From: Oikopleura dioica
Taxonomy: Eukaryota > Animalia > Chordata
DNA: 64,000 nt
NCBI GenBank assembly: GCA_907165135.1
Contig: OU015567.1
Location: forward strand, 15,066,001-15,130,000
Direction of reading: 5' to 3'
The position numbers were made by a program, and so were the translations under genes. Shown here in pieces: positions 24,769 through 36,504 of the stretch (position 1 is its first letter; every line of letters starts with the position of its first letter). The notes under the pieces are model-generated. The model had not been told where the DNA came from. It saw nothing but the letters and a program-made list of their open reading frames with translations, and ran no database searches.

Positions 24769-26248
24769 ATGAGCCAAGTTATGGGAGCAAAGCCTTGCGA
24801 GGATTGCAGTTCCAAAATTGAGAGTTACCAAAAGATTATCGATGTTGAAATGGAAAAACTTATCTCATTTCGAGGACATGGATGCGGCGTAGACTACAAA
24901 TATGTTCAAGATGTCGAGAAGAAGTACGCGATCAATAAGGAGGAACCATTTAATGAAGAGGAAATGCTGTTGGTCATAAAGCTGATTTTAGTTGGTGCTA
25001 AAAAAATTCACTTCACTCTTCAAAATGAGATAGATATTTCTTTCCATGGGATCACGATTAAAACGAAAATGGAAGGGAGAATTGATAGGTAATTATAAGT
25101 GTATTTGCTATATTCACGAATATAATTTCAAATAGTCTAATTACGGCATCAATAATTCTTTCTTCCCTTGAAAATCGGAAGCCCGTTGTGTATCTTACCA
25201 CAAGTGATGATCAACAAAGAGGAGTCTGGGAAAAGGATAATGAAAAATTGAGTTTCATACTGAAAAAGAAGGAGGAGAAGCTTTCTTGGGCAATTCGTCT
25301 CCAAGATCAGGATGAAAAACAATGGATGTATTCGAACTATCTAGAGGAAGTGGATGATGCCTGCACGATATGCTTCGAAAATAAAAATAGAATTCGAGAA
25401 ATGTTTTACAGCGAGATGAAAGAGATGATGAATTCTCGTGGTCAAGGAAGACTATATTTAGGCCTCGGACGTAAAAATCCATCACCATCATCGGAGCATC
25501 GTATGGGATTGAGAATAGGCTCATTCGAAAGCTCTTGGAGAGGGCTTTCTTATGAGCAAATGAAAAAATTGGACCCTCTCTCCCAGTTTTGGGTAATCTG
25601 CCGTTAAAGATAAAGTCGAAAAACATTTTTACGAAATAACTTGAAACAGGGAGACAGGGTCCAATTTTTTTATTTGCCGTCAAGAAAGTTCTCTTTAAGA
25701 GCTTTCGAATGAGCCTACTCGTCCTCATACGAAGCTCCGATGGTGAAAATCGATATTTTTACGTCCGAGGCCTAACTATATTCTCACAAAAATGAACACA
25801 ATGATGATATTTTTCCCATGCAAGTCTTTGAGTGGAATCCATTTGATGATAATGAATTATTTACCCTGATCAAAGTTATTCGCTTTGGTGCAAAAGGATT
25901 CAACTTCACTATTAAAAGTGACACAGAACTCGACCTCGAGTATCAAGGCTTCCGATTGAGAACAGAGTTCAGGAAAGATGTGCCAAAATTCCGTACGTAA
26001 GCAACTATCGAAAAGTAAGTGAATGCCAATATTCATTTAGCAATAAAATGGGAATAGAATTGAAATTGGTGATTGAATTTCCGGAAAATGAGAGAAAAAA
26101 TTTCTTTGGAAGGATGTTGGATCATAAGGAAAAATGTCTCCCCTATGTATCATTCCGTATGTCGAGGAGAAGCTTAACTTATACTGTCTGGTGTAAGAAT
26201 GATCCTGAAAAGATAACTTGGAGCTGTGATAGATTCGCTACTAGGTAG
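24769..26248 (+). pseudogene. Lineage-specific gene made of two ~200-aa repeats, interrupted by a foldback MITE
   Basis: Repeat 1: CEDC...EMEKLISFRGHG...PFNEEEMLLVIKLILVGAKK. Repeat 2: CTIC...EMKEMMNSRGQG...PFDDNELFTLIKVIRFGAKG. The frame is restored when 25459-25782 is removed. Confidence 0.65.
25459..25774. mobile_element. hAT-like foldback MITE (family C, 316 bp)
   Basis: Termini TAGGCCTCGGACGTAAAAAT / ATTTTTACGTCCGAGGCCTA; 8-bp TSD ACTATATT (25451-58, 25775-82); imperfect inverted arms of ~140 bp. Confidence 0.9.
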
Positions 26249-26751
26249 CTACTGATGATTCCCCTGAGTAATACATGAGATATAAACTGTGTAATTTATT
26301 TATTATGTGATTGGCACAGTCGGAATATGATATTCCGAATATCAAAAATCTCATGGCTACACAAGATTATTCGTTCGAATATACCGTATATTATAAACCC
26401 AGTCGCAAAGACCTTATCGTTTATCAAAGATACCGTATCAGTGATACTCTTTTATTAACAGTTGGTCATATAAGGATACTTGTGATAAATTTGAGTAATT
26501 AAAGCATAGCCGACATTGTCTTCAAGCGAGAACGATACTTCTTTACTTGATATATTCATCTGCAGCTCAAGAAACGCATCTGCATCTCGACTAAAAAGAA
26601 GCATACGCCCATGACTATTAATAAGCATATTGTAATCAAAGTCTAAATATTTTCCAGAGAGAATATTATCCAACATTTGACTGCCAAGAAAGATCCAACG
26701 GTCTTTTCCTCGGTTAAAAGTGCACGTAAGAAAGAGGATCTTTCAAGAAAT

Positions 26752-28131
26752 TTAACCGTTGCCGAAAGTATATCTGTAAACGATTACCCATCTTTGAAAG
26801 TCTGGCTCTCTCCCTGCCACCAAGAAAAAGTTTACGCCAGTGTCGTCAGCAATCGGTACCGCGTCGGTTACATCGGAGAACAAAACTTCGCAATTTTCTT
26901 CGTGAGAGAAGATCACTTTGTTTCCCATGCATTTATTGCCCCAGTACGAATACGACCACTCTAAAAACTTCTGTCCCTATATTTGTTATTGGAAGAATTT
27001 ACCTTTATCCGAGATACTTGAGAGAGAGCTCCATCTTAAATTTATTTCATAGCCAATTTTGGAGACAATATAGATTTTTCCTCTCCAAGAGTACATGTGC
27101 GATCTTCCTTCTTGAACAAATTGGCCGAGTCGCGCTCTGAGATAAGATGAACGCCTGTGTATCGATGGATTCAGGAAGAAGCATTGATCGGGAGAATTTT
27201 CAGGAGAGCACATGATGATGAGGTTACTAGAATCTTCCTCAAGCCAACCGGATGTAAGTGAGGATCCGTGGGCGAAGTTGAACTTATAAGACATTCTACT
27301 AAAATCTGTTTTTTAACTCTCACTCAGCAGTAGATACCCAGCTCTAGGAGGTGGAATTCGAGGAATCATTTCTTGCCCATCGAATTCTACAAATCCTCCT
27401 TTAAAGCTAACCAAGTAAAATTTCCCTTCAAAAAGAACACTCGTCATTCGCATGTAATAGTACCAACAATCAAAGCCATATTCTGCCAAGTTATTTTTCT
27501 GATCAAGTGTTACTGTCATACAGGAGGTCGTTTCGTTAGATCGGAGATAGAAGTCATGGAGGCAGACCTTCGGCATTTGCTTTCTTCGATATTTCTGAAC
27601 ATCTTGAACAACCTGTAACCCTCTTTTTCCTTGCTTTGTGCACTTGAAATATCGACAAGGGCAGCCGTTTCGACACAACGATGCGAAAGGGCAAATTTTC
27701 GATGAAAGCTGCTCGTTTTCATCTGCCATTGCCGCGCACAAAGTGAAGCATTCAAGAGTGTTTCCACAAAGGCCCTCGCATATCTTTCTTCCATAAAAAA
27801 CTTGCTGATTACAGACTCGAATGTTCATCTCTTGGTCTATTTCTGAGAAGTACTCATCGTTGATTTCTGGTGACATTGGTGAAAGTTTCCTTATTTCGTC
27901 GCTTGGAGGAATGAAAAATCCATTTTCTCGACAATGATTGAAAGCAAGAGTGCAAGGATCGTAAGTATGATTCGTTAGGCACGCGCGGTACTGTCGATTA
28001 CAATCAGAAACAGTAACACGTAGTTTCTCGAGTCCAAAATAATTTGCAATGAGCACGATCGTCATCCAAAATAAAGTCCCGATTCCAACGTATGCCATTC
28101 TCTGCTTGAATGTGCCATTCCCGCTTATCAT
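26752..28131 (-). CDS. Cys-rich protein with N-terminal hydrophobic anchor, probable lineage-specific family
   Basis: 272-aa first exon with TM segment and CPFASLCRNGCPCRYFKC motif; further plausible exons at ~27000-27294 and ~26752-26965. The 3' model is tentative. Confidence 0.65.
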
Positions 28132-29977
28132 TATTTTAAAAATATAGAATTGGAAATACTATTTTACTGAAGTTTGAGGAAGCTTCTCTTTTCGTATTGT
28201 TTATAAACAACTGGAAATTGTGGCACGAGGTAAATTTTTCCCGATCTTCGTATAAGCTTCCCCTTGCAATTGCAATCTAAGCACTTTTTTGTGATCGTTG
28301 TATGCTCAATTTATAAATCGGAAAAATAAAATATATCACCATCCTTCGCCTTCATTTTCCTCTGCAAAATATCTATCTGCCTGACTACTCGACTAACACT
28401 ACTCTTTTTTTAAACTCAAACGTCCGGTAATTCGTCTGCCACCCCTTTCTTTCCTGGTAGAGGAAGTTGAATGCCAACTGACTGGGAACCCATTTATTTC
28501 GAACGATTCTGACTAAAATGGTATTTGAAAAGGGCTTCTCTGAACGACTTTTATGAATTAACCTGACTAAGACTCTCATCGTTTCTAGCTGCTTCTAGTA
28601 GCCACTTGGATGGGAAGCTGTCATCGCATGAGAAAGTGGGATTCCCGGCGGTACCGATGAATGCCTCCAGATTGGTGGTGCAGCAACCTCAACAGCCCGC
28701 GGCGATGGCAAAGGCTTATTTTCCACGTTATCACTAAAAACCGATATTAACGCGAGCGGAAAAACGCGCATCGTTCATTACTGCTGTAGTCTCTTCTTTG
28801 CTTCTTTTCTTCATGGGCAATTAGACTCGAGAGAAACCGACATCAAGGAAGAGCAATTTGAAAATGCCCGAGGTGTACTCCCCTGCAAACGATAGAAAAT
28901 TCGGAAAGGCTCAATCAACTCTCGAAGCTAATCTCTCAAAGCAAAAATGTGCGCTAATGCGTTATTTTGGCCATAATAAGCAAAATTGCTTTGACCGTCA
29001 AATTCAATTCTCAGGGAGAATAAAAGTGCCCAGCCTTCAATTTTGAGTGCTACCGCTACTCACATTTGCATATTTGGGCTTAAGCATTTTTGCGGCTTCT
29101 TTAGACGTTCATAGTTGGCTAGACAAAGCGGCTTAGAATTTGCATTCTTTTAGATAATAATTTTTGCGAAATTATATAATTATATCGTTCTTCAAAAAAT
29201 ATCTGAAAGACTCTATTCTTAGACATTCTTTCCTCCAAAAAGTTTATTGCAAAAACATTCAAGAACAATTATGCCCTCAAAATTATTGTTATTCTACCAC
29301 AGTGCCCTGGCAGCGATACATGTTTGATTAAAAATATTGCGGTCTTGACTCTTGAGAGAGAAATAAATGATGGAGCCTCAATAGTAATTGTACTTATTCT
29401 GACGATTGCTGCGATAATCCTGTTTGCAATTCAACTTGAAAGTTTACCCAAGTTAGACCTGAAACAGAAGATAGAGGATGGATTCGAGGGATTCAAGTTT
29501 GAGGTAAGAACTGAAGCTTGGAAAAGCTCTTCGCGGTTTCTTGGATTTTCGATGAAGTTAAACTTTGCTCAGAACATTTTGCTTGCTTGAGAATAAATCT
29601 CGCTGAAATTTCAGCCGCCAAAAATGCGAAAAAAATTCAATAAGTTATTCTTTTCCTTTCAGATTTTTGCTACGGCTGCCAACGCTACTGAGCCAATAGA
29701 AAATTCACCATAAGGTGAAAGCACAACGCTGAAAATACTTCACACTCAACTGTACATCTACATATCACTCAAATCAACCTTTTCCTGCGTTACTATTTAA
29801 AAGAAAGAATGACCAATATACAGATTAAATTATATATTGTGTGCACAGAGATTATACGGGCTTGGGAAAATGAACGGAATAACAGAAGAGATTTCAGTCA
29901 GGCCTTTTTCTCGAAAACGACGCGCTCGCTTATTTAGGATCATAAAATTGTCAGACTTAATTCCTTTCAAATCCAAT

Positions 29978-30221
29978 TTATTCTTTGATTCCTTTCCTGT
30001 TTTGAAGACCAACAGCAACAGGTCGATGTTCCACAGTCTTGACAGTTCCTTGCGAAATCATCATCGCTAAATCAGAGACAGTTAGAGACGCAAGAAAAAC
30101 GGCCTTTACCTCCGATAAGACCAAAGGAGATCCAGGAGCAGGTCAGGACAACACGTTGTGCTCTCTTTGAAAGTGGTTTGAAGTGGTTTCCAAGGTTGAT
30201 TTTGTGAAAGTAGAACACCAT
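29978..30221 (-). CDS. Small single-pass membrane protein (~67 aa), unknown
   Basis: MVFYFHKINLGNHFKPLSKRAQRVVLTCSWISFGLIG|AMMISQGTVKTVEHRPVAVGLQNRKGIKE* across a GT-AG intron. Confidence 0.45.
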
Positions 30222-30480
30222 GGGTGCTTGGTTTTTTCTGATTTCTCGACTGATGAAAGATTATTGAGAAAACATCACATGTAAGACGATGTTCTAGAGA
30301 CATTCTACAGATTAAATTTTCTTTTTGTTTCTAAGCCCTAAAATGGCTGTATAAACGTATAATGACTGTTAATTGATGAATGCATATTTTGAGTTGAACA
30401 GATTTTCAACCCCAAATCAACCCGCTCGCTTGGAACGTCTGCCTAGCCCGCCCTAGAGGGATAAAGCCGAAAATTATCGC

Positions 30481-32520
30481 ATGGGTTATTTCGCAAAATC
30501 GAGTTTTACCGTCAGAGAGAATGAAATTATGATCTCCGCAAATTATTCAAACTTGGCAACTCCACTAAAATCCGTCAAATTCTTCCTGCTCAGCTTTTTT
30601 CGAAGAAGGCGGCTTTATACGCGCATTTTCGTCTTTATCTGCGTTGTTTTCTTAATTCATCAATGTAAGCCTTCGAAAAATTTTGCAACCAAGAAATTCT
30701 AAATTTAGTTAATCAATCTTACCGGCCACTCGCACCCTCTCGCGGCATCAGAGACAAGAAATATGTGAAGAAATCCGTGAGGAGCAGAAACGTTAAGTTG
30801 CCACGACCGGATTCAAGGAAGGGGACTTTCCATAGCGGCTTGTGATCAGCAGAACTCGGAAGAACGGAAATAAATCCTTTGATTAGCGCCAAGCCTTCAC
30901 TCGTAGCACCTTCTTCAATTTCCACAGAACCAGTAGTACCCGTAGCTGTTTCACAAAAATTAAACACGCCCACGACCGACACGACCAGAACATCTACTTC
31001 AGAACAGTTGGAAAATCACATCAACGATTTGATAGAAGAATCTCTGGTTGTTTCCAAAGTAGGTCGAATTCGGGTTAATATTTGCTTACAAATATTTAGG
31101 CGAAATTTTCGGAAGTTGTTGAAAGCTCGAAAGAGATCTTTGAAACGAGAAAGAAAGAAGAAAATAAAATTATAGAAGAAATTATTCAGTCAATGCCGTT
31201 ATCTCATAAATCTTCAACATCGCGAAATTCCGTCACTGCAGCAATGAAGGAAGTAAAGATGAAACTTCCACTTCCAAAGCGGTCAAGAAGTGGGACGACC
31301 ATTTTGCCGAGAGCTACAGATGCTCCCAGAACAACTGCTACTTCAAGAAAAACGACGAATACTTTAACGACTTCCAAGTCTACCACAAAATTTGAGCCAC
31401 TTGATTTGGACGATCTTATCGACAATGAATTCTATCATTCTCTGCCGGACGATGTTGGGCTCTTCCTCAAAAATCCAAAGTGAGCTTTGGCAAAGTATTG
31501 GAGATTCTTTATCATTTTTAAGAGAAAACATGGACGAGAATCTTCTCAAAACGGAGCTGGAAAGAATCAGCAGCTCATCAAACGAGGATGAAATTCTTGA
31601 AGAAGTGATGGCAGAATATTCAAATGGAGACGAGATTCCAAACGTGATGCATTACGTTTCTTTCGGATGCAGGTCATTCAAGCCTTACAATTTTCTTTCG
31701 TGGATATCTACCCTACTGACTCGTAATTTGCAAAATTTTTCTTCAGAAAACAAAAAATTTCTTTCAGAAAAACCGGAGATCATCATTCTTCATACAGATT
31801 GCCCGCCAGAAGATTCGCTCTGGACGAAGTTCGAAGAAATAGCAGGTTCAAAGCTGAAGTTAGTACCAAGATCGCCACCGGAAAAAGTCTGGGGAAAAAC
31901 GCTAACTTCAGTGGAGCATAAATCCGACGTTGCTCGTTTACACATTCTGTTAAAATTTGGCGGCATCTATCTCGATGATGATGTTTTGATTCTCAAGTCT
32001 TTGGACGATCTTAGATCCGAAGAAGTTGTCCTCGGGGAAGAAAACTACGATGCTTTAGGTAAAGAGCGCATGAAAAATCGTTTCTTTTTATCTTTAGCGA
32101 ACTCAATCATTTTGGCAAAGAAGGACACGTGGTTCATGAAGCGGTGGTTTTGGGAGTATCGATATTACGATCAAACGTGGTCAAGTCAATCCTGCTTCGC
32201 TCCTTGGTCCATTTGGCATCTTTTTCCCCAGACTGTTCACATAGGTAAACCTCCATCACTTGATAATTGGAAATATCCGTTCAGTAAAAAATACACTTCT
32301 TCGCCCAAACTGGGAAGAAATCGCACTCATTTACAAAAAGCGCTGGAACTGGCGACACAACTATTCAATTCATCTTTTCGCCCGCTTCATTCCTTATTTG
32401 GACGATCCCGACCGGCCGCTCGATGAAATCCGAAAACTGGACTCAACATATGGAGAAATTGCAGATTTTATTCTTTCAAAGCTTGAACTAACTACCTCAT
32501 ATAATAAATTTCAAGACTAA
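30481..32520 (+). CDS. DxD glycosyltransferase, family GT32 (alpha-1,4-GlcNAc/Gal transferase-like), with long Ser/Thr-rich stem; start uncertain
   Basis: N-terminal TM (RIFVFICVVFLIH); IPNVMHYV; HKSDVARLHILLKFGGIYLDDDV; ANSIILAKK; YSIHLF. Confidence 0.85.
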
Positions 32521-33720
32521 ACCATGTCTTCATAGTTGTCGTATCCCTGGTTGTTGAAGTCGTCTACGTCAAGGATGACATCATCTTAATAGAAATAAAA
32601 CTAGAGATTTGTGAATTTTAGTGATGTGGTTCATCCCTTGTCTTCATAAGAGTTATGTCTTTGCGCCTCCATACGATCTTCATTGATCATATAGTCCATT
32701 TCAAATGCAAGAGCTTCTGAACCACATCAGTTTAATTACTTTACGGCGCTCACCTTCAATCTCCAGATCAATCGCCTCCATCGTGTCCAAGTCGTACTTG
32801 TGGACCTCATTCAACGCCTCAATTTCGTTCAAAAGGAGTGCTTCAATTAATTTGTCTGTCAGGGAAAGTAACGAAAAATAATTACCTTCTTCGTTATCTT
32901 GCTCTTGATCGTGCTCGTCTCCATCGTCGCCCATGTCATCGTCGATGTCATCGAAAAGCTCCATCGCGACTTCTTGGTCCTGATTGTCCCGATCGTTTCG
33001 CTGGGCATCTAAATCGCAAATATCTCGAAATAGCCATTTTTTAAAAATTACCTGATCCCGCGATGGATCCTCCACCATCGTCTTCCCCTTGTTCTTCACC
33101 GTTCATTTCGTACATCAGATTTTCATCTAATGTACTCATTATTAGAAATGAGAAAAGGAAATCATGAACCTTTGGAATCTTCGGAAGTGTCAGACTCATC
33201 ATCGTCAAACTTTGTCAAACTAACATTTGAAAACCTTCTTGTTGATGATATTTTCGCAGGAAATGAAACTCGTCTGTTGCTATCTTTTCGTACTTTTGGT
33301 GGGCCAGAAAGTCCGATTATCATGAGAGGAATCGAGAGTTGGCCGATGAGCGTCTGTCCCACGAATCTGTTGACATTGAACGGGGGTTTCGCCACATAGA
33401 AAGGATTAGTAAAGATAGCGATGAAAATATTTGTTTTTTTCTTTCTCCTTCTGTTAATTTTTACTTCGGAAACAGGTGCTTTTTTGATCTCTGAGAATTG
33501 TATACTAGACGGTGATTGCCATTTTTCCTTGAGTAACAATGCGTCTTTTACAGTACAATCCACGTCCATTTCATATCTCACTTTAGTAAAAACTGCGTAC
33601 CTGCGTCCTTTAGCAATATTATATTTGCGCGAATATCAATTAACCTCTTTTCTCTTGCGAAGGACAATTGCGATGGATAATTAATACTTCAACAATATTA
33701 CCGCTAGTTTCGGTATGCAT
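32517..33720 (-). CDS. Uncharacterised acidic (D/E-rich) protein, multi-exon
   Basis: ORFs 33162-33581 and 32701-33099 plus short terminal exons (…QALAFEMDYMINEDRMEAQRHNSYEDK|DDVILDVDDFNNQGYDNYEDMV*) share the same composition and splice in frame. Confidence 0.55.
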
Positions 33721-34037
33721 GCGTTCTAGGATTGACAGCTCAAGAAAAGCCAAAAGGCCCATTTCAGGCTTTTGTCAAATGGAAAAATTGATAAAATAGT
33801 TTATTCGTTTACGAACAGAGACCGCAGTCATAAATTACTACCCATACATTATTCAGGTATTGGCACACAAAACTAGGTAAAAATGCAACAAGCAGATATT
33901 TTCAGGTGATGAACTTGTCTTTATAAATAGTCGCATGGTAAGAAAATGGCTAGAAATGAGTGGCTTGGAGAGAAGTTTAAGATCGATTATAGAGAGTTTC
34001 GCACCATACTAGTTTCTCCTCAGAGAAAGAATGGTCT

Positions 34038-35807
34038 TTATCTGAGGTGGAGCATCATCGATCCGGGTTCTTCGAGATACTGCTTCAGTTTGTTAGAGAA
34101 GCGCGCCATCTGAGCGCCTTCGATAATTCTGTGATCAGCGGTCCAGGAAATGTATGTCAGGTGTCGGGCAACAACTTCGTCGTTGGGGCCGAATCGTGGA
34201 AGTCTTTGGATCTTTCCTGAAAAAGAAAATTAACGCCCTGCCATTCCGGGGGCTGCAACATACCGATAGCGCCAATAGCGACCTGAGGAACAAGAATAAC
34301 GGGCTTAGCGTAAGTGCCACCGATAGCACCAATATTGGACAAGGAGAAAGTTCCACCCTGGATGTCAGCCGGCTTCAACTTGTTTTCTAAAGAAATGTTG
34401 AAAGGGTTGGCCAGAATGTCTATTTTTACCAAGGCCAGCTTGATGAAGACGGTTGAGCTCTTGGGCTACTTCTAAGATAGAGAGATTTTGGACTTGTTTG
34501 ATGTTAGGAACGAGGAGGCCGTGAGGAGTGTCTGTTGCGAATCCGATGTTGTGGTCTTCGTGGTAAATAATTTGAGTTCCGTCGGGCGAGAGCGACGAGT
34601 TCAGAATCGGACTTTCCGACAGGGCAAGAGAAACAGCCTGAAAGCAGCATTAGAAACGGATTTAAAGCTTGCGCTTTGGATTACTTTGATAATAAATGGC
34701 ATGTAGCTAAGTTTGATTCCGTATTCAGCGGCGAGGGGCTTGAGAATTTTTCGCAGCTCGACGAGATTCGTGACGTCGTATTCTTCGTTGTAGCCAAAGT
34801 GGGGGATCTTCAGTGCTTCGGTCATTGATTTCTGCATGGCCTTGGCGATGGGGCCGAGTGGCTCAGTTCGAGAACCGCCTGAAGTGGCAGCTTGGGCGCG
34901 CACGGGCATTTCTATGGATATTTTTTAGAGAATTGTTTCTGATGACGAGTTTACGTTTAATTGGTTTGGGGGCTGGAGGAGCAGATCCTTGAGCAACTTG
35001 GACTGCTGGTGGAACTGGAGCAGCAACAGGAGCTGGTCCTGCCATGAATGCTTCGACATCGTCTCTCGTGATAGTTCCTCCTTTGCCAGTGGGAGTGACG
35101 AGGCTGAGATCAACTTGGTTGTCTTTCGCGAACTTTCGAACAGCTGGTGAAGCTTTAACCTTGTCGCCCGCTTTGTGAGATTTTTCTTCTGATTTGGTCA
35201 CTACCGCGTCTATATTTTATACTAAAATGATTGTCTTTTTCTGTTAGTTACCATCAGTAGCGGCAGATTCAGTGTGGTCGACGTAGTTGTCAACTGGCTC
35301 GTCGTCATCATCGCCTTCAATTTCAATGTCGACGAGGGGGTCACCAACCTGAGCGACGTCATCGATCTCGTAATGAATTTTCACAATTTTACCAGCGTAT
35401 CGGGACGTTATGTCGACATTGGCCTTGTCCGACTGGACTTCGACGAGCTCATCGAACTCCTCGACAACCTGGCCGACTTTGACGTACCATTCTAGAGGCC
35501 AGTTTTAGTTCAACAGTTCAAGATCAAAGTTCAAAAGACGAGTAATGCTGAATAACACGAAAATACGCCAAAACTGGGCGTGACATTCTCGCCCGTGGAA
35601 TTTTCCCAAGACGAAGGAAGAAGTTCTACCTTTGACAACGACTTCTTTGGTGCCTTCTCCGATATCAGAAAGCGCGAATTGGATCACTTTCGGTGCGCTG
35701 GAGGTGGTTGCCAAAGATCTTCTCAGAAGAACCTGCTGGTTAACCCGTGGCGACGCAACTGACAAGACTCGAGCCACTTTTCGAAGCCGAGCAAATCGCG
35801 ATAACAT
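34038..35807 (-). CDS. DBT: Dihydrolipoamide branched-chain transacylase (BCKDH E2)
   Basis: Mitochondrial presequence; lipoyl domain [11 protein letters not shown]...EVQSDKA; E3-binding ASPAVRKFA...GTITRDDV; catalytic GTFSLSNIG and [10 protein letters not shown]. Confidence 0.95.
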
Positions 35808-36504
35808 TCTATTCGCATTTCTATTGATAATTTGGTCGAAATATGGTTTCATTACAGACTGTAATTTACAGTAATATTTGTATTATCAGCGAGATATGTT
35901 TTAATCTTTACAGAGAAAAAATCTACAGTAATTCAAATTTGGATTCATTTTATAAAACAAGAAATATATAGTCAACTTAGAACCAGTTAATCATAACATA
36001 AAATGGACTGTATGTTCCGAAGGGTACATTTCCGCTTCTCTCCGTCGATGTCGTCTTTGCATTCTTATTTCTATATTTTTGAAGAGGAAGAAATTGTGAA
36101 GAAAGAAATGTTTTAATTCATCGTTGGATCCTTTCGTTTTCTTTCGATTTCTTGACTTCTGGCTGTTTGTGGGCGACTGGGGCGAGCTGGCGTGGCCAAT
36201 GGCTGCGCAATTTTCCCGCGCCAGCGATGAATTTGCGCTTTGAAAAGAAAAAGCGGCCGCTCAAGAGAGTTCATTTACGAAGAAACCCGAATATTATCGG
36301 CGACCAGATTCTCATTCTTCCTCTTTTCCAAATTCTCTTTGTCCCTTCCTTCACCTTTGCCTACGCATTTATCGACGCGTGGGCGCCGATTTTGAAAGTG
36401 CGTAGGTTGCGGGTTAAAAGTGTTTTTTATTCAGACAAGGTCGACTTCGGACGGATCCAGATTCTCCTCCAATCCTTTGTCTCGAATTGAACTACAGTAC
36501 TGAC
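35808..36504. promoter_or_regulatory. Probable bidirectional promoter between DBT (-) and the ADAD-led gene cluster (+)
   Basis: Head-to-head starts 697 nt apart, with a GC-rich patch at ~36170-36260. Position-based inference only. Confidence 0.45.

Noticed and set aside
29324-29713. Hydrophobic ORF suggesting a small membrane protein
   Set aside because: No clear ATG or supportable exon chain.
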